A stretch of 62,935 nt of DNA, filler included, from Reticulomyxa filosa (Eukaryota; Protista; Foraminifera): assembly GCA_000512085.1 (NCBI GenBank). It is 21 parts of 21 records of this genome, joined end to end, with 100 filler letters (N's around TTAATTAATTAA, not from the genome) between each part and the next. Parts side by side here need not be neighbours in the genome. Positions count along the whole stretch, not along the records: positions 50,528 to 54,552 come from ASPP01012565.1; positions 54,653 to 59,018 come from ASPP01001556.1; positions 59,119 to 61,310 come from ASPP01038664.1; positions 61,411 to 62,935 come from ASPP01005060.1; 17 more parts are not named here. One strand, given 5' to 3'. The translations under genes were made by a program, and so were the position numbers. Positions within the stretch are counted from its first letter, which is position 1, and each line of letters begins with the position of its first letter. The notes beneath the pieces are model-generated. The model did not search any database and was not told the origin of the DNA. It saw only the letters and a list, made by a program, of their open reading frames with translations. Below, piece after piece: positions 51,049-62,935 of the stretch.

Positions 51049-51345
51049 GGAAATTATTAATGAAGTTTTAAGCTGATTAAAGATGTCCTTATTTATAGAC
51101 ACAATTCACTCTCTTTTTCGACAACGCAAAAACATTCCATTTTTAGAAAACAGTGCTTTAAACACTTTGTGTTATTTTGTAGAAATAAGAAACAACGCTG
51201 TTCAAACAAATGACAGTATAGTTAATTAATTCTTGTCACGAATTAGCATTTTAAAAAAAATGTCTCTGAACACGTAACAAAACACGCGGTTGTTTTTGAA
51301 AAGTGGACGTTATTTTAAAGCAAAATAATATAATATTTGAAACAA

Positions 51346-53678
51346 ATGAGCCGAAAGCGAACAGAAGATGTGTTTGTTGATGATGAAAACATTACGTTTG
51401 AATCGATGCATTTGAAAGCAGAAGTATTGAAAGGTCTGCAAATGGCAGGCTTCCGAAAGTTAGTATTTCCGTGGTCTGGACAAAGATTAAAAAAAAAAGA
51501 AAAGAAAAAAAAAAAAACAACAGACCTTCCCCAATTCAGTTGCGAGCAATTCCAATGGGATGCTTGGGTTGTGACATAATTGCGCAAGCGAAATCAGGAA
51601 CAGGCAAAACATGCGTATTTGCGTGGTGATATTGGAAATGTTGAATTTGGAGAATCTGTGCCCGCAGGCGTTGATCCTCGCGCCGACACGAGAGATCGTG
51701 ATACAAATCCGAGATGTGATTCGCAAGTTGGGTCGGTACATGAGCGACCTGCAAGTGGAAGCATTTATCGGAGGGATGGCAGTGTCGATGGACAAGCAGA
51801 AATTGAACATGGGTTGTCACGTGATCGTAGGAACGCCAGGACGAATGAACCAGCTGTTCGAATTGAGCGCAATTCCGACCCAAAGCATTCGCTGTGTGGT
51901 GTTGGACGAGAGCGACCAGCTGCTGACCGAGTCGTACCGCTTAGATATTAAAAACATTATGTGCAATCACACACCGTCGTCCAAGCAGGTCATGGCATTC
52001 AGCGCGAGTTATTATGAGGACATTGAAAAAGAAATTGCTACGTATATGCGTGAGCCCAATTACATTTTGTTAAATACCGAACGGCCTAGTTTGAAAGGAG
52101 TGGAACAATACTTTACTATTTGCGATCCACCTCCACTCTCTTCTTCTTCTTCGAATCCTGTTGATCAAAGCAATTCTCTGCTGTCCAAAAAAGTCGATTT
52201 ATTAATCACTGTATTGCAAAAGATCCCCTTTCACCAATGTATTGTTTTTTCCAATGAAAAGCATAGGTTATATCTACTTCTCTTTTTTTTTTTTTTAATA
52301 TCACAAAACTCAGTGCAGTGCGCACGTTCGAAACATATCACAGGGTGAGAGATATCGCGGATACGTTGACGAGATTTGGTTGGCCATCTGCATGTATATC
52401 TGCTGATCAAAGCCAAGAAGAGCGAAATTTAGCTTTGAATAAACTTCGAAATTTCAAAGTTTGTTTGTTTTTGTCGTTACTGTTTTTTTTTCCCCCTCCT
52501 CCCCCCCCTCCCCCCCCTCCCAATCGCATTGCTTTGTTTGCTTTTGACAGATTCGTATTTTGGTTTCCAGTGATTTGACCTCACGTGGCATTGATGTTGA
52601 CAGATCAATGTTGTCATTAATCTGGTTTGCTTTATTTTATCAAACATTTTCTCAATGTTAAATACAATACAATACAATACAATACAATACATGGAAAGGA
52701 TATCCCATTCAATGCAGAAACTTATCTGCATCGAGTTGGACGCACAGGGAGATTTGGGTCTTTAGGCATTGCGATCACTTTTGTGAGTGGAAAAGAAAAA
52801 TTGGAATTGGATAATTTTATCAAAACACTTAATACAAATATACGATTGCTGCCTGAACAACTCCCGCTTGATTATTTTTCGTTACGTATTTAACTGCATT
52901 CCTATTGCTCTTCCTTTTTTTTTTTTTTTTTTTCTTTAAAAAAAAAAAATTGCTGTTTATAAATAAATAGAACTGATGTATTGGAGCGAGTTGAAGAAAA
53001 AGAGGCCTTTGAAAAAATGGAAAAAAATCGACAAATAATCCAAGGAAAAATCGCTCCAAAAGACATTCAAAATGCCTTGCCTGCTCCTTCCGAATTGATT
53101 CAATCGCATCAACAGACATCCACTACCACTGCAACTCATTCTCGCAAAACATTTAATAAAAATAAGAAAGCTCATCCGAAAATTAATCAGTCAACACAGC
53201 CCAAGTCCAAACAATCAAATGTAATCATTGACAATACATCGTCAGCACAAAAAAAACAAACAAACCAAAACCTGTTGTTTCAACTGAAAACAAAACTCAA
53301 TCTCACTCACAATCACAACCACAGCCACAATCACAATCACAATCACAGCCGCAATCACACCCACACTCGCAACAGCAACAGCAATATCAATACTCACAAT
53401 ATTATCAATATCCCACACAAACACACCCAAATTACACAACACAGCCACTTTATAGCAATGGCTTTTATTTTGGATCAAATTACACAGACTATTATCAACA
53501 ACAATATTATCCGTATTATCAGCATCACCAGTATCATCAATATCAACCTCAATATGTTCCAAATATGCATTTTAATAATTATCCTTCAATTAGCTCATTC
53601 ACAACACCACAACAAACGCAAGAATTAGTCGCGCAAGCACACAAAGCAGCTCGAGCGTTTCATTCATTGTATGGATGA
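51346..53678 (+). CDS. DDX20: DEAD-box RNA helicase, DDX20/Gemin3-like, multi-exon
   Basis: [21 protein letters not shown]|[77 protein letters not shown]; slips at short runs near 51620 and 52600. Confidence 0.85.
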
Positions 53679-55323
53679 TAGATTTGAAAATATTAAATTT
53701 TTGCTTTTCAGGCAGTGTAAATGAATTACTTACACTAATTTATTACAAAATGTAATAAATTAACCATTTTTGCCAATTGTATTGTCAAAAATTTCAACGA
53801 TAACAAAATATTAAATTTAAAGAAGAATTATACAAATCAAAACGATAAGGCGATATCAACACTCTTTTTTGAATCTGTATTGCCAGTTACGTTTTATAAT
53901 AGCAAAAAATTTAATAAGTGTAGTTCTATATCGAAAGAAAAAATAACAAATGTCAAAAAAAAGAAAATGCTTTCACACTTACAAATTGTGATCGCATCTA
54001 TAATATCGACTGACAGTTCTGTGTAAGCCCACATTGAAATTGGATATATTCAAAGAAGGATTAAACTAAAGCAACTGAGGAATAAGACGAAGATTAGCAG
54101 AAGTTGAAACGGGGACAGAGGCGCTATGTCAGTAGTTAAAAAAAAAAATTTAACTACTTTCATTATCACCAAGTTTTTTTGGAAAAGTTACTCATTTGAG
54201 TGGATTTGTGTTCGTTCAAGCAAGTTACTTCAACATCTATTAAGATTGACGTTCATTTTGGATTTAAGTGGCAAAAATTATTTCGGAAGTCAAACTGAAC
54301 TTTCTATGGAAAAGCGAAGAAATTATTGGATAGATTAAACATTACAGACTTATTCTTACGAAAACAAGTGCAAGCTTGAAATGAAAAACTAACAGTAAAA
54401 CATTAAATTACATTACAATTGACTTGACAGCACTAAAAATGTATATTGTTCAAGTCAATAATTGGCAAAATGAAAAATAACAAATATTATAATCTATTAG
54501 TGAAAATAATGTAGGACAAGTCCCTACTATAAATACTTGAACACAAATGGAANNNNNNNNNNNNNNNNNNNNNNNNNNNNNNNNNNNNNNNNNNNNTTAA
54601 TTAATTAANNNNNNNNNNNNNNNNNNNNNNNNNNNNNNNNNNNNNNNNNNNNAGCACTGCATTCGAAGACATTCAAGAAGGCCACGCACATACACAGAAA
54701 CACCATTCTCAACAATCACAATAAAATGCAAACACACAATTTCTAATTCTTGAATCGAATGCAAATGAGCAAATGCTGTTGAATTGCAATGCAATGCACA
54801 AAGATGTAATGAAAAATGATAATATTATGTTATATTATTTGTTTGAAAATTAAACAAAAAACGAAACTGAGTCTTTGCCATATCTTCATAACTATATAAT
54901 TTACTACGCAAAAACAAATCAGATTAGTCCTCCACAACATATGTTCACTTGCAAACAATGGACTTACGTGATAAGTTATATTTTGATTTGTAAATGTAAT
55001 AATATCAGTAATTTTAATATAATTGCATTCCAAAAGTATACCGTACTTGTATATAAATTTTTTATTGTATAAATTAATTAAGTGCTTATCTTCTGTTTCT
55101 CACGCAATATTTTCTTTTGGAAAGTCTAAAAAATGAATTAGTTGAATTTTTTGAAATTTCAAAACCATACAATACGTATGAATTGACATGTGGTTCAAAT
55201 AAGTTTTGATGTAAGTTACCAACGGGGGAAGGCCAAAGTGTTGTTATGTTGAACCTAGAACTTTTGTTAACTGTTCAAGCTTTTGTGTCATTTTTTTTGT
55301 TATTGTTTGTAAATTTAAAAGAA

Positions 55324-56682
55324 ATGAGAGAAGTTCTCACAATTGAAGTCGGCCAAGCCTGCATACAATTAGGCAAAGCCATTTGTGAACAATACTGTGC
55401 AGAGCAAGGAATTGACAACACTGGCAAAAGAAAAGAAAACTCTGGAAAAAAAGACTCTTTTAAGGTCGTCTTTGAAGAAACAGTTAGTGGCGAATTTGTT
55501 CCTTATGACATTGCAGTTAAGTGCTCCATTTGGTTTTCGTTTTTCCGCATACGTATAATAAACGAGAAAAATAGGTTGATTTAGAACCAAACGTTACTGA
55601 TGATGTTAAAAACGGCCCTTTTGCGGCCATCTCCCATACTGAGTTGTTGGTCCATGGGAAAGAGGACGCAGCAAATAACTTTGCCCGTGGTCATTACACA
55701 ATCAGTAAACTAATTATCGATAAAGTGAATGACCAATTAAGAAAACTTGTCGATAATTGCGACAACTTGATGGGCTTTTTTATTGGACACAGTGTTGGCG
55801 GAGGCACTGACTCAGGGTTGGGCGCCTTAACTTTGGACCGTTTGGCGGTTGATTACAGAAAGAAGCCAAAAATTGACTTTGATATTTACACATCACCAAA
55901 CTTGTCCACATGCGTAGTTGAACTTTACAATGCGTTGTTGTCGACCCACTGGTTATTAGACCATGCTGAAGTTTCTTTATTGTTGGACAACGAGGCCATT
56001 CACGGGATTTGCCAAAAAAAAATTGAGAATTGCCAAACCAGACGGACAAAACTTGAACAAATTGATTTCGAAGGTTATCTCCGCCATGACTGAGTCTTTG
56101 CGAATTGGCGTAAATTGACGTAGACTTGAACGAGTTTCAAACGAACTTGGCCACTTTCCCTCGTTTACATTTCATGACTGCAGGAATGAGCACAATTATT
56201 CCAAAAGTTGATTTATCAACCGCCAAACGATGCCAAAAAATTACCGATACTGTTGTTTTAAGCCAGCGAACTGGTTTGTGAAATGCACAATTTGATCCCG
56301 CTGAAGATAAATACATGGCCATCCCTTTGAATTACCGTAGTGACATTAAATCAAAAGTCCAGTTGTTAATTAGTAACAACAAAGTCGCTTAATCGAATGA
56401 TATCGAACTGGCTCAAGATGGCTTAAACGAGGTGCCAGTAGTAACTTTGGAATCCGACGATATCGCAGCTTTTAGCAAAAACGCTATCATGACTGCGAAC
56501 AATCGGCATTTCTCGGTGTTCAGCAAACGCATTACCCAAAAGTAGATTTGATGTGCTCCCAAAGTGCGTTTGTTCACTTGTACGTAGGGAAGGTGGAAAA
56601 AGAGAATTTGCTGAATCCAGTGAACAACCAACTGATGATGTTGAGGTGTGATAACACTGGCAATGACGCAGGTGACAATTAA
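55324..56682 (+). pseudogene. Divergent alpha-tubulin pseudogene retaining intron 55516-55574
   Basis: MREVLTIEVGQACIQLG, VDLEPNV, GKEDAANNFARGHYT, GHSVGGGTDSGLG, VDLNEFQTNLATFPRLHF, AFVHLY; several frameshifts, deletions and stops in the 3' half. Confidence 0.9.
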
Positions 56683-56899
56683 ACTTTGAGATTTTTATAT
56701 CGTTGTAAAGTTTGTTTGTTTTGTTGCCGAAAAAAATTTGTCCATTTGACTTTATTAATTAAATTTTTTTTGGACAGAATGAATTTTTTTTCGACAAATA
56801 TCTTTTTCTGAAATACTTCTTTTTGAAGAAAGTAATAAAAATTTTTAAGGAACGAATGTTATCAATTTCCAAAAAAACGTCAAGAGTTCAATCAAGGTA

Positions 56900-58980
56900 C
56901 CTTCTATAAAATGAAACAAACATTTTACATAAAATCACTGCGTAAAACTATCTTTTGGCATTTTTTTGAAAGGATTTGATTTCTTTCATTGTCTTATCTG
57001 GCCAAAAATCAGAAGCCACACTTTTGTCGTCTCTGCCATCGATTACAAAAATAATGACAATGTCTGGATAGAGAAAATAATCGTTCATTTGTCCTCCCAT
57101 TTAGTTCTCCATCGCTGTTGAATAAACGAGTAAACTATTTCCAAAGTATTGTTGATATGATGCTCCAAAAGATTACAACATAAGTTATAAATATATATGG
57201 CCGAATGTTTTTTTTTTCTCAAACATATTCCAACTTGCCATCATACGCCGCGCCGGATCGATTATTTAGACCGTATTTGTTCGTGGAGGGAGACAAATAG
57301 TTTTTCACTATCATCTATCTCATGGATTTTATATCGTCCAAGCTATGCTACTACTGACATCAATAGCAAATATACTTCTTTATTTTTTTGATTAAGAATT
57401 TCGAGATACAATATATATACGTAACATGTGGCACCATAACAGTAAGGTCAATGGAGTCATTCTTTTCTTCTGTTACAGGATCATGCCATAATCTTTCTGT
57501 GTAATAAGATTGATTAACTTCACCACACTTATCTTTGATTTTTTTATGACTAGGATGACCACATCAAATTGTGTTTGTGATAATTTATAAATTTCAAACA
57601 CTTCCCAATAATATTTATGAGTGACTTTATCCAAATTATTTCTTCCTCTGTGTTCATCAAGATTTGCATGTAGTAAGTCTTATTGCTGATTGTCTCCATG
57701 TTTTTTGCATCCGGTCAGATGGAAATGGCCGCTTCCCATTTTCTCGCAAAAGAAAAAGTCACATATTTCAGCATCTGTAGTATACACGAACCGGGTTTTC
57801 GACAACTATTTTCTGTCAGTGTTACGGGATCTGTTATCCGTTTTGTCGTTTTTCATTGAATTCTACCCAAGAATTGTTTTCTACCGTAAATTTGTATTCG
57901 ATATATTGCTACGATTTGGTTTCAATAGTTTGGATTCAATATTTTCGTTTCATTTACCACACGCTTATACTCGGTTTCATGCTTGTTTGGACATCCAGGC
58001 AAAGAACAGCTTTCATTGCAACAGTTGATGAGACTATTACAAATGCAAGGTATTTCGTTGCTGTAATCACATTCCAAGCCACATTTTTCATTACAATTGC
58101 CATATTTTTTCAAAGGGCAATCGTTACCACACGTATGATTTTTCTCACGACAATCATGAAGCGTTTTATGACCTGATTGCAATTAATACGGCAACGGCTT
58201 TTCTCTTTTTTCATTTTCACCTTTTTGACAGCGACTACATACTTGATCACATTGATGCGATTCCAAACAATTATGCTCAATTTCACTGATGCGATTGTTG
58301 CAATAAATATAAGAAATAACAATGTTTAATTGATTAAGTGCATTGTTGACGAAAGGCTTGACAAATTTAGCCAACACTTCACCTTGACTATGTTTTGCCG
58401 GTTGTGTCAACTTTTTATTCTTATACATTATTATTTCCTCGTAGCGTTTGGAACTCAAATTCAGGAAATTCATTAGCTATCCATTTCTCTAAGATCAGTT
58501 TTCGTCTCAAATAAATCAATTTCAAAAACAATTGAAATGCAATGAACCATTGTCTGTGGATGGAATGACTTTGTTTGCATTCGGGCATTTGTCTCTCAAA
58601 TTCACTGTACAAATATTTCAAGATATTGTCATGGATTAAATTCAATCTATCCTTTGGAATATTATCTAATATCTTTTCAAATCTCTCTTTCCATTGTCTT
58701 TGATTGATCATTACTTTGAGAGCAAATATGTTCCAATTTTTGCAAAAGAGAGTTGATCACGTCTGAATTTTTTTATTTTTTTTTTCTTTTCGTGAATTAT
58801 CGACAAGCTTTCAATCGATTTTCGCAATACCAAAAACTTTTTGAAAAACGAATCATGCGTCAATGGTGGATAAGGTCCAGTGTAAATATTTGTTGAATCT
58901 TTGTAAATGACTCTGATTGTGTGTTGCCATGACAAAAGGATGCAATTTTTTTGGAAAATTCTGATAGGATTTGTTTGGTG
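56900..58980 (-). pseudogene. Pseudogene of a large Cys/His-rich plus vWA-like domain protein
   Basis: HDCREKNHTCGNDCPLKKYGNCNEKC...CSLPGC, CEKMGSGHFH, VTHKYYW, CGHPSH and IVIIFVIDGRDD (vWA-like xxxxTDG strand) in broken frames. Confidence 0.55.
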
Positions 58981-61900
58981 TCTGCCGGAGGGATATCTTT
59001 GACGACAATGAGCAAACANNNNNNNNNNNNNNNNNNNNNNNNNNNNNNNNNNNNNNNNNNNNTTAATTAATTAANNNNNNNNNNNNNNNNNNNNNNNNNN
59101 NNNNNNNNNNNNNNNNNNTTTTCTACTTTTTGTGTAAGTTGGAAGATTTTTACAACTTTGGCCTGAACAAGTAGATGCACCATTGTACAACACTATTGTC
59201 TCTTTCTAAAAAATAAACATTTTTAAACTACCAACTTGATTTGTTTTTGTTTGTGCAACAGAATTATCAATTCACTGAGAATTGATGAAAATTGTACATT
59301 TTTTTGTTATTTAAAATCATTTAATTGCTTTTTTGTGAAATGTCATTCAAAATAAAAAACTTGTTGTTCATATGTTATCAAGAGTGATTTATGATTAATG
59401 TACTTGGCTGTTCGTTGTCTAAAAAACAAGATTTTTTTTTTAATCTCGATCTTTCTCAAAAAAAAAAAAACTTTTTCGGGTCCACAAGAGTTTTTTGTAT
59501 CTATTTAGTATTTATGAAAAAATTGCTTTTAAATTTCTGTTTACGTGGGTACACTAACAAATGGAAAATGAAATATTTTACTTAAACACATAAATGGTAT
59601 TATCATATTCAATACAGTTCAAAAAAACATTAACTTTTGTCTAATCGATGAATTAACTTTATTGACATCAAAGAAAATAAGATATAATTGCAATGTAAAA
59701 TCTATTTTTGATAACAAAAATTGTATTATAGACAACGACAATTTTTCAAAATCAGGTTTTAAAAATACTAATCAATCTTAATAATGTGGATATTGCTTAT
59801 GTTACTACATGAATATCTGTTGTTTATATGAATATCTTTGATGCCGACTTTGCATAATGATTTACTAGTTCGCTGGCTGATTGCAAATATTATTAAAATT
59901 AGACTTTTTCAATATTATCAAATTAATTTTTTTCAAAACTATGACAAAAAAAAATTGTCAATCTTTGGACTTTCTTATTCATAAATTTTTTTGATTTATC
60001 TCTTTCATTCTCTTCATTAGTACAGTTACAATTAAGACTTATCTAGAATTATTTGTTTTGTAATTACGTCAAAAGAAAAAAGTAACTCAGCCAAGAATTT
60101 CCACTAAGTGAAGACAAAAGTACTAAATTAGATTCATTAGATGTGACAACTGAACTTATACTCTTTTGAACTTGTTGATAAATCAAAGACATAATAGATC
60201 AAAAAAATAAAAAAATAGGATTAATTTCCTTTGAGTTCCTTTCATCTGAGATTATTTTAATTTGTTTGAAGAAAGAGAAACACAAAATAAAATAACCGAA
60301 AGACGCTCAAAAAGGGAGTAGTTTCATTTTTTTTTTTGTTATCTTCACTAGCTTTGGAAAATGAGCAGCAGACCAACTTCTAACTTTGTTGATGCTGTCT
60401 TGAAAAAAATCTGTAAAAAGACCTTGTTCTCGTAACAAAAAGTATGCTACTTTACTGTTAATTTTTTTGAGAAAGTCTCACAAAGAGATTTGACATTCTT
60501 TATTCGGCTCATCTTTCAGTGACAAATTTTTTTGGTGCATTCAGTTTCATTATATATTGCACGATATTGCTGAGAGTATTTCTTTGACGATGTGTTTGTA
60601 TACATTTCCAAACATGCTACACTTTAATGCATCAAATGTAGAAATAAGTAGGAAGTTATCTAGAAAAAAACAAAAATCTATATTATTGTGCGAAAGAAAC
60701 AATGTATCACAATATCCTATGCTCACTAAAGCAAAGATATGTTGCAAACAAAAATTTTCTATTCAATAAGTTTATAGCATTATGTGGTGGTCCTTCAACT
60801 AATGAAATAAAAAAATATCATTTTGTTTAATGCAGTTCCTTGTTCTCAAAAACATTTATTTTTGTTGTAATGAAGAATGTTTTGATGATTCTATATCAAA
60901 AAATAACAAATGATATATCGCATTTTGCATTATTTGTTATAAATATTTTCAAAGGAGTGATTGTAATGTCAGTAGCTGGAAAAAAGGACAAAAAGCAATT
61001 GAAATATAATTATCATTTTTTACAAAGGAAAACAAGAAATTTTCTCTTCAGAAAACTTGTGCTCCATTTAAATTCGGTTGAGAGCGTATAGCTCCAAAGA
61101 AGTTGCATGACAGTATCATATCAACTCTTTTTCACGTATTCGGCTTGGTTTGTTGAAATAATCATAATCATTTATTAACATGCAAAAAAAAAAATCCCCC
61201 AAAATGAACTGACTCAAAAAATTACAAAAAAAAACTTTTCATAATTTGCTTAAATGAAATATATATATCATTGTGAGTCCAAAAATATATTTTGTTTTTA
61301 ATAAAAGTGANNNNNNNNNNNNNNNNNNNNNNNNNNNNNNNNNNNNNNNNNNNNTTAATTAATTAANNNNNNNNNNNNNNNNNNNNNNNNNNNNNNNNNN
61401 NNNNNNNNNNGCTACAAATATTGAACAATTGGCAAAACCGAATTATCAATTATCTCAACAAAGTATCCCTCTCAATGATGATTAATTCAAATCAATACAT
61501 GAAAAAGAAATTAATCATTGGATCATATTCTGTTTCTTCATTCCATGCAAAAAAAGTTATATTTGATAATATTATAATTGATAGATGTGTTTATGCTATT
61601 GGTTGTATTATTGACTGATTTGGAAATTATCATATTACTCAACAACTTATTTACACTAATAAATTTGTTATTCGTTGTCAATTCTATTATCATGTTTTTA
61701 TTTGTCCTTGACCTATTGATATAGAAAATTTAATGGAATTGGTGGAAAGTTTATTAGAAATCTCAAAATTTAATTAGGCAATTCAATTATTTGTTTTTCT
61801 TTCGCTTGAATTTCTTGTTTTATTTTTTGAATTTTGTTGTCTTTTGATTCAATATTTTTTAAAAATTTTTCCATTTCAACAAATGTTGTTTTCTGTTTAA

Positions 61901-62935
61901 TTATTATTTTCTTGCTTTTGATATTTTTAAGTCGATTGAAAACAAAAAAAAATATAACAAACTTGAGCAAAGTTTAATTGTAGATTATCTTTTTGATATT
62001 GCTTCAATTATTGTTTCAAATGTGAAATCTCTTCATCTTTTTTATATTTCAATTGTAAATCCACTTTAAATGTTTCATTTTCCAAATTTAATTTCTTAAT
62101 TTTTTCCTATTTGTATTTTTTTCAAGATAGATATACATATATACATATATTTATTTATTTATTTTTGTGTTTGAGTAAAATATTTTATCATTGAAAAAAT
62201 AACTTTTTATTTTGTTACTTAAATACCTCTTTTTTAATTGATTGCTGGACAAGATCTTTACATTCCATTGGGGACCATGAAGTGGTTTGAAATATTCATC
62301 TGTGTTTTGTCAACTACCTGGATAAGCTGTAATTATTGAAGGAAGTGGCAACAATATGAAACAGTATTAGAAAATGACAACAAATTACTGTGTGCAGAAA
62401 GGGCGTTGAATATTGCATTGTGATTGTATTATTATTTTCGATTGGACGACAATGGAAGAAAAATGTACAATGATGTTATGTATCAAAGAAACGAGCGCTC
62501 ATTTTCAGAATTATTGGATAGTGAAATAAAGAATTTATCGGAATTATTTGAAATACCAGCCCAAGTGGCATTGCACAATACTATAATATTCCGACAGTTG
62601 AAAGTATTTCTTAATTTCAATATTCTTCACTTTGTTATATCATCTTCAATATCCTTTGCATACTGTCTTTTGTTCGGTCCATGCTGCCAATACGTTGCAA
62701 GGTTTGCGCTGATGACAGCAAAAGATATGAATAAATAATGAAAGATGAAAAAAAAATTTAGGTTTCGTTCCAATTTTTTTTTAAATATATTACAAAGTGA
62801 AACAATGTCCTTTGACAGCCACAAAATATAACCAAATATTCATTTTGCTGTTCTAACAGTTTTGTGATATTGTTTAAATCATTTACATATGCAATTAGGA
62901 CCTGCAGTACAATCTCTGGTTTTTTTTCCAAAAAT

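Noticed and set aside
59119-62935. Short ORFs in the last two contigs (coiled-coil piece 61770-61970, ORF 62424-62738)
   Set aside because: Probably decayed lineage-specific gene fragments; no family could be supported.

Overview
This window is not one locus. It is 21 short draft-assembly contigs joined by 20 identical artificial 100-bp linkers (N44-TTAATTAATTAA-N44), so adjacency across a linker has no biological meaning. Twenty contigs are AT-rich eukaryotic DNA with short spliceosomal introns, microsatellites and many decayed gene copies. The gene families (LGWIxDFDK-type WD40 genes, RING/TRAF-like and GINLQGYC genes, divergent alpha-tubulins) suggest a foraminiferan such as Reticulomyxa; this is an inference. 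Recognisable genes are Rab1, an EamA transporter, a C2H2 protein, a VPS9 GEF, a TPMT-family methyltransferase, an SMP-30/gluconolactonase, Mdm35/TRIAP1, a SAM protein, a PI3K fragment, a Prp40-like WW/FF protein, a PH protein, a cytochrome b5-domain protein, a DDX20-like helicase, five WD40 genes or pseudogenes and two alpha-tubulin pseudogenes. Five observations stand out. (1) One fully bacterial contig (9081-10346) carries a CCA-encoding tRNA-Ile2, a sigma70 promoter, a fur gene cut by an IS5-family element and an IS1-like end, which suggests an IS-rich alphaproteobacterial symbiont. (2) An intron-containing, probably mitochondrial OadA/PycB/transcarboxylase-5S-type carboxyltransferase begins with the CT domain and has a near-perfect ~183-bp inverted repeat upstream. 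(3) A TA-targeting Tc1/mariner-like family is present, including a complete 832-bp MITE. (4) Introns often have GTT donors and A-rich rather than pyrimidine-rich 3' ends. (5) The cytochrome b5 protein ends in a CaaX box. Many frameshifts sit in homopolymer runs and may be sequencing errors.
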